Of a stretch of 22,389 nt of DNA, positions 16,453 to 22,389 are shown in pieces. Position 1 is the first letter of the stretch, and every line of letters begins with the position of its first letter. This DNA comes from Oculatellaceae cyanobacterium bins.114 (GTDB lineage Bacteria; Cyanobacteriota; Cyanobacteriia; Elainellales; Elainellaceae). The position numbers and the translations under genes were made by a program. The stretch covers positions 1 to 22,389 of the forward strand of contig JANRJA010000072.1 of assembly GCA_033764315.1 (NCBI GenBank), given 5' to 3'. The notes under the pieces are model-generated. The model was not told where the DNA came from, did no database searches, and saw only the letters and a program-made list of their open reading frames with translations.

Positions 16453-18218
16453 GACTCGTTCTCTTGCACCACGAGAGGAACAGAACACTGAATGCAGGTC
16501 ACAGTTGCTTCAGTTGCAGCGTCGGTTGGAATGGCTAATAGCTCTAGCTGTCCGCCCATCAGTTCTAATAGGGTCTGATTGATCAACAACATAAACTCTG
16601 GAGAGAATCTAATTGGAGTCGGTTTGTTAGTTGCAGTGGCGATCGCCTCTTTTAAGTGAGCAAAAGGAGTGGACTCTGGCGATCGGGGAGACTGCAACAG
16701 GTGAATTGGCTCACTCCAATGATGGGGAGGACGTTCATCCTCAATTTGAATCAGCACGCGATCGCCCTCAGGGGAAACTTGAGTGGTGACGCGCACCGTG
16801 CCCTCTTGCATCAACGACAACGGCGTGTCGATCAGACTGAGCAAGATTTGATGTAACCAGCGTGGATCAGAAGACACATACAAATCCGGGTGAGGTAACT
16901 CAACCTCAAGCCGCAGACTGCGATTTTGTGCCTGCAATTGGGTTAGCCGTTGCACCTCCTCTAAAATCATAGCGAGTTGCAAGGGCTGTAATTGAAACTG
17001 TTCGGTGCCGTACTCGGTTTTAGAAACCCGAATCACCTCATCCAACAAACGCAACATCTTTTGAGCGGCAGTGTGGGCTTGAGCGATAAAATCACGCTCT
17101 TCTTCGGGGCTATCGCACAGATCTGCCAGGATCAGTTGATGCAAACTAATGACACTGTTGAGGGGCGATCGCAACTCGTGTGAGGTGCGTGCTAGAAATC
17201 CTGCCTTAAACTGGCTGATCTCAGACGCCATGACATAGGCTAGCTGAGTCTGTTGCAACTGATTAACGGATTGAGACTGGTCAACCGAGTTGGTTTGCGG
17301 TGACACAGAGGAGTGATCGTCAACAATTTGCCATGCCAGTTTTGCCGCACCGACAATGCCAGCGTGGTTGCCTAACTCGGCTGTGAGCAACTGCAAGCCA
17401 TCACGAGAACTGGGCAGCACCCGTCGCTCAATTTCAGCTTGCATGGATGAAAAAAAGAACTCAGCACTGGCACTGACACCGCCCCCAATGAGCACCGCTT
17501 CTGGGGTGAGGACATAAATTAAGCTGGCGAGTCCTGCGCCCAACTCACATCCATAGGTCTGCCAAAAGGCGATCGCCTCTGCATCTCCTGCTTTGGCTTT
17601 GGTGCCCAATACTTCTGGCTCTAGCCCAGTACGACGGCGAATCGCCTGCACCGAGACATGTTGCTCAAGGGAACCATCGTTGCCACTATTGCAGCTAGGG
17701 CCTGCATAGTCGAGCGTAATCAACCCCAATTCACCTGCGGTGCCATCGCGCCCCGTAAAGAGTTTGCCGTTTAAAATAATGGCTCCTCCCACCCCAGTCC
17801 CCAGAGTTAGCAAAATTAAATTTTCAAACCGTCGTCCTGCGCCCAACCAATATTCACCCAAACCAGCACAATTGGCGTCGTTGGCTAACAAAGTGGGCTT
17901 ACCTGTTTTTGCTTCTAACCAATCTGCCAGAGGAACATCTTTCCAACCTAAGTTAATCGCGACTCTGGCAATTCGTCCCGTAACATCGGCAGGGCCAGGA
18001 GTGCCTACGCCAATCGCCAAACTCTGATTATCTGGGTCTAGTTGGGCGATCGCTGCCACCATCGCAGCTAACACGGCTTCCGGTTCAGATGGCTGCGGAG
18101 TGGGAACACTAAGAGACTGTAAACACTGCCCAGTTCGATCAAACCGTCCCAGCTTGATCGCGGTTCCTCCCAAATCAATGCCAACTACAAATTGCCCAGT
18201 CGCTCCCTCAGGATACAT
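16449..18218 (-). CDS. ROK-family sugar kinase fused to HisKA and a degenerate HATPase domain
   Basis: ROK motifs GIDLGGT, ANDANCAGLGE, LTLGTGVGG, GELG...CNSGNDGSLEQ and GIVGAA; then FLARTSHELRSPLN H-box; a single uninterrupted frame. The ORF track starts at 18251, but ATG 18218 has GAGG upstream. Confidence 0.88.
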   Translation of the reverse strand: MYPEGATGQFVVGIDLGGTAIKLGRFDRTGQCLQSLSVPTPQPSEPEAVLAAMVAAIAQLDPDNQSLAIGVGTPGPADVTGRIARVAINLGWKDVPLADWLEAKTGKPTLLANDANCAGLGEYWLGAGRRFENLILLTLGTGVGGAIILNGKLFTGRDGTAGELGLITLDYAGPSCNSGNDGSLEQHVSVQAIRRRTGLEPEVLGTKAKAGDAEAIAFWQTYGCELGAGLASLIYVLTPEAVLIGGGVSASAEFFFSSMQAEIERRVLPSSRDGLQLLTAELGNHAGIVGAAKLAWQIVDDHSSVSPQTNSVDQSQSVNQLQQTQLAYVMASEISQFKAGFLARTSHELRSPLNSVISLHQLILADLCDSPEEERDFIAQAHTAAQKMLRLLDEVIRVSKTEYGTEQFQLQPLQLAMILEEVQRLTQLQAQNRSLRLEVELPHPDLYVSSDPRWLHQILLSLIDTPLSLMQEGTVRVTTQVSPEGDRVLIQIEDERPPHHWSEPIHLLQSPRSPESTPFAHLKEAIATATNKPTPIRFSPEFMLLINQTLLELMGGQLELLAIPTDAATEATVTCIQCSVPLVVQENES

Positions 18219-18815
18219 AGCCGTCCTCATTTCCCACTGCTGCCAGTTCATTATAGGGGTGGCCGTACGCTACGTCTCTAGGTAGATGAATAGCCATCTC
18301 AAATCATTGATAAGAAAGGGGGTTGTGAAATCTCTGGTTTGCAGAATGGGAACTCTTATAAATAGCCCTGAAGTTGTCATGCATTGATGTTAACGACTAA
18401 CGCCTAAAGAGGGTTTATCAGTAATGATAGTTACCCAACATTGATATAGGGTTCTTCTGTGATGATCTTTTAGTCTTGAATGAAATAGTTTCATCTCGCT
18501 TTTATAAAGCCATAGGCGATCGCTTGATTAAAGAAAAACCTGTTATCCTTCAGGCTCCTAAAAGACGAACAAATGTGTTCTAATACACCATTTTTATAGT
18601 AGAAAAACATGGATTTACCCTTAACAACATCTGAGCACTTTAATAAAAATTTGGTAAACCTTAAAAGCTTTAAAGGCATCACTAAATTTTTAGGCTAGAC
18701 TGTGACCGAGTCTTGATGATCTGGGTTGGGCTGCAACTAACAGAGTAAATAGAATCTATCTAAAATTCATTCATTTGAAATGCTGTGGATTATCTAGTTT
18801 GCGTAGCTTTCTATA

Positions 18816-19766
18816 ATGTGGATATCTAACATGACACATCCCTTTCAGCACATTTTAATTACACGCATGAATGTGGAATGGAACATCTCCAGACCTGTCG
18901 AAGAACGAAATAATCTAGACTTTTTAAGCTATAGGTTTAATATTTTTGAGAAAACGTGTTTTCCATCTGTAAATGCTCAAAGCAACAAAAATTTCGTCTG
19001 GTTGTTATTACTTGACTCAAAGTTGCCCGATGAATTTAGAAAGAGAGTCGAGCAATATACTTCAACTCCTCAATTGATCCCGGTTTATATCGAAAACAAG
19101 GACACGTTTCTAGATCAACTCAAACAAGCTATTAATACCCATCTCTCAGCATCAACCACCCATCTCATGACAACTAATCTGGACAGTGATGATGCAATAT
19201 CTAAAGACTTTGTTGCAACTATTCAAGAGCAATTTAAAGGTCAGGATTTTGAATTCATCAACTTTCCTTTTGGCTTTATGTATCGCTTTGTTGATGAAAA
19301 GTTATATCTCCGTGATTGGTTAACAGCCCCCTGTCACACACTAATTGAGCAGCGAGACAATTTTGAAACAGCGAGCAACTATAAGCACGATACGATTACT
19401 AAATACAAGACGCGTCAAATTCCCACAAAACCCATGTGGTTAATGACGGTGCATGGCAAAAATGTCAGAACTAAATTTGATGTCAACGCTGCATGGCAAC
19501 CCACTCAGCGACTGACTCATGATTTTGATATTCGCTTTGACTTGCCTCACACGAGTTATTTGAAGACCCTAAACGAAATCTTTGCAGCCGTCATCACAGT
19601 CATTACAAGCCAACGAGACTGGGACAGCCCATCCGTTAAATTTAAGAAGGTTGCCAACATCTTATCCCCAGCAATCATGCGATCGCTCCGGCAGGCTCAG
19701 ATGGTGATCCAAAAGCTAGCTCATTCTTTTCAAAAAAGCTCTCTCAAAAATACGGTGGTTGAGTAA
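18816..19766 (+). CDS. Glycosyltransferase, putative rhamnosyl-transferase family (GT-A fold)
   Basis: FQHILITRMNV, RFNIFEKTCFPSVNAQSNKNFVWLLLLD, TTNLDSDDAI (DxDD) and VHGKN. Confidence 0.8.
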   Translation: MWISNMTHPFQHILITRMNVEWNISRPVEERNNLDFLSYRFNIFEKTCFPSVNAQSNKNFVWLLLLDSKLPDEFRKRVEQYTSTPQLIPVYIENKDTFLDQLKQAINTHLSASTTHLMTTNLDSDDAISKDFVATIQEQFKGQDFEFINFPFGFMYRFVDEKLYLRDWLTAPCHTLIEQRDNFETASNYKHDTITKYKTRQIPTKPMWLMTVHGKNVRTKFDVNAAWQPTQRLTHDFDIRFDLPHTSYLKTLNEIFAAVITVITSQRDWDSPSVKFKKVANILSPAIMRSLRQAQMVIQKLAHSFQKSSLKNTVVE

Positions 19767-19798
19767 TATCTCTCACCCATTTTGACCAAAATAATTTC

Positions 19799-20377
19799 TT
19801 AAAAAGATGAGCCTGGTTGTTTGAGAAATTCAATTTCTTCTGGGGTTGAAGGGCGATTTAAGATCACATTGCGATGGGGAAACCGCCCAAATCGCTGAAT
19901 GACAGTTTGATGACGAATCGCATACTCTAATCCATCCTGTAGTTCAGAGTAATCAAGCACTAGAGCTTGATATAGAGCAACAGCTTGGTTTTGATCTGCC
20001 AGATGTTCACTGTGTTCAAGTGGCAGATAAAAAAAGAATCGCTGTACGGGTTCGAGTTGTTGGTCAAACCCCTGAGCGATCGCCCCTTTTGCAATGATTT
20101 GAGCTTGAGGGTCAGTGGCAAACGCTCTAGGCTGACCCCGAAACATGTTTCGAGAGAACTGATCAAGCAGTAACACCAACGCCAAGCAACTGCGAGGGGA
20201 GGTTTGCCACGCTCCCAACTCGCCTGAGGCAGCTTGCTCGTAAGCAGACAGGAAGCGATCGCGCAACAGTTGGTCAAAAGCTGGATTTTTTGAGAACCAC
20301 AGTTTTCGGCGTTGACTATAGGTTTCGACCGGATTGCCAAACCAGACCTCTAAAATCTCGTCAACTGACGCCGCCAT
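19799..20377 (-). CDS. DUF924-family protein
   Basis: ILEVWFG, WFSKNPAFD, LALVLLLDQFSRNMFRG, FFYLPLEHSE and IQRFGRFPHRNVILNRPSTPEE. Confidence 0.93.
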   Translation of the reverse strand: MAASVDEILEVWFGNPVETYSQRRKLWFSKNPAFDQLLRDRFLSAYEQAASGELGAWQTSPRSCLALVLLLDQFSRNMFRGQPRAFATDPQAQIIAKGAIAQGFDQQLEPVQRFFFYLPLEHSEHLADQNQAVALYQALVLDYSELQDGLEYAIRHQTVIQRFGRFPHRNVILNRPSTPEEIEFLKQPGSSF

Positions 20378-20383
20378 AGCCCA

Positions 20384-20782
20384 CTAATTTTGTTGGGGTG
20401 TGCTAGGGGTTGTATTCGAGGATTCGGGCTGATTTTGCTGACGGAGCAACTCCATCTGACGATTGCGAAATTCAACGGCTTCTGATGAAATATTTTCGCG
20501 TTGCTCTTGCTGAACCTCTGACATACTGCGGATGCCCCCTTGACTAGCCCGATGAATCAGGTCGAAGACGCTGTTCATTTGCCCATTACCAGTACCAGAA
20601 AACGGGTCAGAGCTATATTCTCCAGATTGAGGGGTTTGTTGCAGAGTATCTGCTGTGGTCGGTTGAGCTGAAGCAGGTTGTACCCCAAACCCTGCCGTAA
20701 TAGTGGTTAAAACAAGGAGGCTCAGTGTTGTCAAACTGAATGCGTGACCCTGCTTGGCTAGAGTATGGATGGCTGCTCTCAT
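20384..20782 (-). CDS. Hypothetical secreted cyanobacterial protein
   Basis: Signal peptide ending PASA|Q; FDLIHRA motif; ends 6 bp before the DUF924 start. Confidence 0.75.
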   Translation of the reverse strand: MRAAIHTLAKQGHAFSLTTLSLLVLTTITAGFGVQPASAQPTTADTLQQTPQSGEYSSDPFSGTGNGQMNSVFDLIHRASQGGIRSMSEVQQEQRENISSEAVEFRNRQMELLRQQNQPESSNTTPSTPQQN

Positions 20783-20937
20783 AAAATTTCAGCTTAAAGA
20801 AGGATAAGGGCAATACTTACATAAACTAAGACGAAACTTGTAGGAAATTGCTCCCAACTTTGACTAGTGTAGCTGTGGATTTAGTGGGTGAGCAATTTGG
20901 CTGTGAAACCTTTAAGGTTTTAACTCCTTAACCCGCT

Positions 20938-21828
20938 TTAAGCGAGGCTGCGGCTCAATAACGACCGAACGCTCAGTAGGGCGATCGCATCAAACCCAAT
21001 GAGCACTAGCAATGCTGTTCCTAACGTCACATCTGCGAAGGGAGCTTGCAACACAACACTGTTAAACGCCCAATCGCTGTGCAGATAGAGATAACGAATG
21101 GGTTCGATGGCGTAACTCAAAGGGTTTAAGCTGGCAACCCACTGCAACCAGCTAGGCATAAAGCTTAGAGGGGCAAGTGCTGTGCTGGCAAACAAGAGAG
21201 GCAGATTAGTGACAAAGATGACAGCAATTAACTCAATATGACCGGGCAGGGCAAAGGCAAGCCCTAAACTGATCGCTGTCACCCCCAACACCAACAACAA
21301 GACGATCGCCACCACCAACGCCAACCCAACTGGGTCAGGCAGACCAGCCCCCAAAAAGGCACTCGCCGCCACGATCGCCGCCGTTTGAATCATGCTTAAG
21401 GTAGAGATAAAAATGGCAGATGCTAGCACAATCGAAAACCGTGACACCAACGGAGCCACCAATAACCGATTGAGGAAGCCAAACTCTCGGTCAAACATGA
21501 CCGGCAACCCAGCGTTGAGTGCGCCCCCAAACGCAGTAAAAACAATGACTCCTGCGCCCAAAAACTGCCCATAGTTAGCACTTTCGCCAAACAAACCTTG
21601 GGGTACGTTTTGAAACAGAGCACCAAACAACACCAACCACATAATCGGCTGAACCAATCCAGCAATCAGGGTGCTGGGACGACGCTGAAGCTGAATGAAC
21701 AGGCGACGAGTCAGGGCAACGGTTTCTTGGATGAACTCATTGATGCCAGACGGTTGAGGAGTGATTACCAAGTTGCTCGAACGAGCATCGCTAGATGTAG
21801 TGGGGGGTGGAGTTAGAGTTTGGCTCAT
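20938..21828 (-). CDS. ycf38: ABC-2 type transporter permease (Ycf38-like)
   Basis: ALTRRLFIQLQRRPSTL, QPIMWLVLFGALF, MFDREFGFLNRLLVAP and NPLSYAIEPIR; MSQT start at 21828 preferred over 21846. Confidence 0.88.
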   Translation of the reverse strand: MSQTLTPPPTTSSDARSSNLVITPQPSGINEFIQETVALTRRLFIQLQRRPSTLIAGLVQPIMWLVLFGALFQNVPQGLFGESANYGQFLGAGVIVFTAFGGALNAGLPVMFDREFGFLNRLLVAPLVSRFSIVLASAIFISTLSMIQTAAIVAASAFLGAGLPDPVGLALVVAIVLLLVLGVTAISLGLAFALPGHIELIAVIFVTNLPLLFASTALAPLSFMPSWLQWVASLNPLSYAIEPIRYLYLHSDWAFNSVVLQAPFADVTLGTALLVLIGFDAIALLSVRSLLSRSLA

Positions 21829-22053
21829 ATCCGCAAGTCCTTTCAAGCCAGAACATTATGCTGCAATATGCAGTTTGTCTTTAGCCTAGCGCATATCGCC
21901 CGCTCTCAGAAAAGTAGGTAGCTCTAGTTGAGCACAAATGCCCCTATTGCCTTCAAAGAATGAACTGTTTAAAGCTAGGTGTACGATCCCAAATAGGCAT
22001 CTTACTTCAATGCTGCATTGAGAGTAGGACACAGGAAAATGCTACGTGACTTG

Positions 22054-22389
22054 TTAGAACTTGATCTGTTCAAACAATGCGCGATCGCCTGTATACGGTG
22101 CCTTTAATGGGTTAAAAGCAAGGGGTAAGGGAAAAGTTTCTAAAAAAGATGTAGGAGACCAATCTATGGGACTCCAATGGTGATCGATTGCTTTAATCAA
22201 ACTCTCCCAATTGGTTTCCTTAGTACGGCGTTGTCCATAGATAAATAACTTTTTCAAACCCACGCCTTTGTAAAAATCTCGCATTCGCCAGTCTAGACGT
22301 TCACTATCATCATCTAGGTCTGGAAAAGCAACTCCTTTGCCTAAAATCCGAAAATAGACACAAGGAATGCCATAGGTTTCAGCAATGAC
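22054..22389 (-). CDS. Polysaccharide pyruvyl transferase family protein, C-terminal part (5' end outside the window)
   Basis: The frame stays open to the window edge: VIAETYGIPCVYF...RLDWRMRDFYKGVG, matching the IAExYGIP...DxY motif of pyruvyl transferases. Confidence 0.7.
   Translation of the reverse strand, partial: VIAETYGIPCVYFRILGKGVAFPDLDDDSERLDWRMRDFYKGVGLKKLFIYGQRRTKETNWESLIKAIDHHWSPIDWSPTSFLETFPLPLAFNPLKAPYTGDRALFEQIKF

Larger units (their letters stand above)
1..22389. repeat. Dispersed HIP1 octamer GCGATCGC
   Basis: Many copies throughout (e.g. near 468, 706, 1536, 2506, 3782, 7584, 12069 and 17164); a hallmark of cyanobacterial genomes. Confidence 0.95.

Noticed and set aside
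18253-18281. TAGGGGTGGCCGTACGCTACGTCTCTA, possible chimeric REP hairpin upstream of ROK
   Set aside because: The arms pair poorly and the sequence is too short to call without genome-wide counts.
18491-18682. 63-aa minus-strand ORF
   Set aside because: AT-rich intergenic sequence with no motif; overlaps the palindrome and probable promoter.
995-21816. Remaining short ORFs antisense or out of frame within called genes (e.g. 1906..2232, 4307..4624, 9803..10033, 17740..18027, 19960..20340)
   Set aside because: Shadow ORFs overlapping well-supported genes, with no independent family signatures.

Overview
Cyanobacterial chromosomal window: the HIP1 octamer GCGATCGC recurs throughout and several gene families are typical of cyanobacteria. 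It is mostly core or conserved genes: PecS/UrtR-type MarR with a divergent DMT exporter, TM0106 RecB-like nuclease, cysteine/cystine lyase, DUF928, hisC, WG-repeat lipoprotein, thioredoxin-like lipoprotein, DUF6439, DoxX, Uma2, DUF924 and a Ycf38-type ABC permease. Several accessory inserts are interspersed. Highlights: (1) a two-gene nuclease-fold cassette (RusA-like plus a short AHJR-like REase) bracketed by ~105-130 bp inverted repeats; (2) a HIP1-free, AT-rich XRE-IrrE/ImmA metallopeptidase plus DUF4411 PIN pair, a candidate TA or defence module; (3) an in-frame fusion of a ROK sugar kinase with a HisKA and a degenerate HATPase domain, translationally coupled to Uma2; (4) a DUF2808 gene apparently cut by an IS-like end at the left edge; (5) several MITE/REP-like elements. 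I saw no rRNA, tRNA or CRISPR array. All family calls come from motif recognition by eye, not from database searches.
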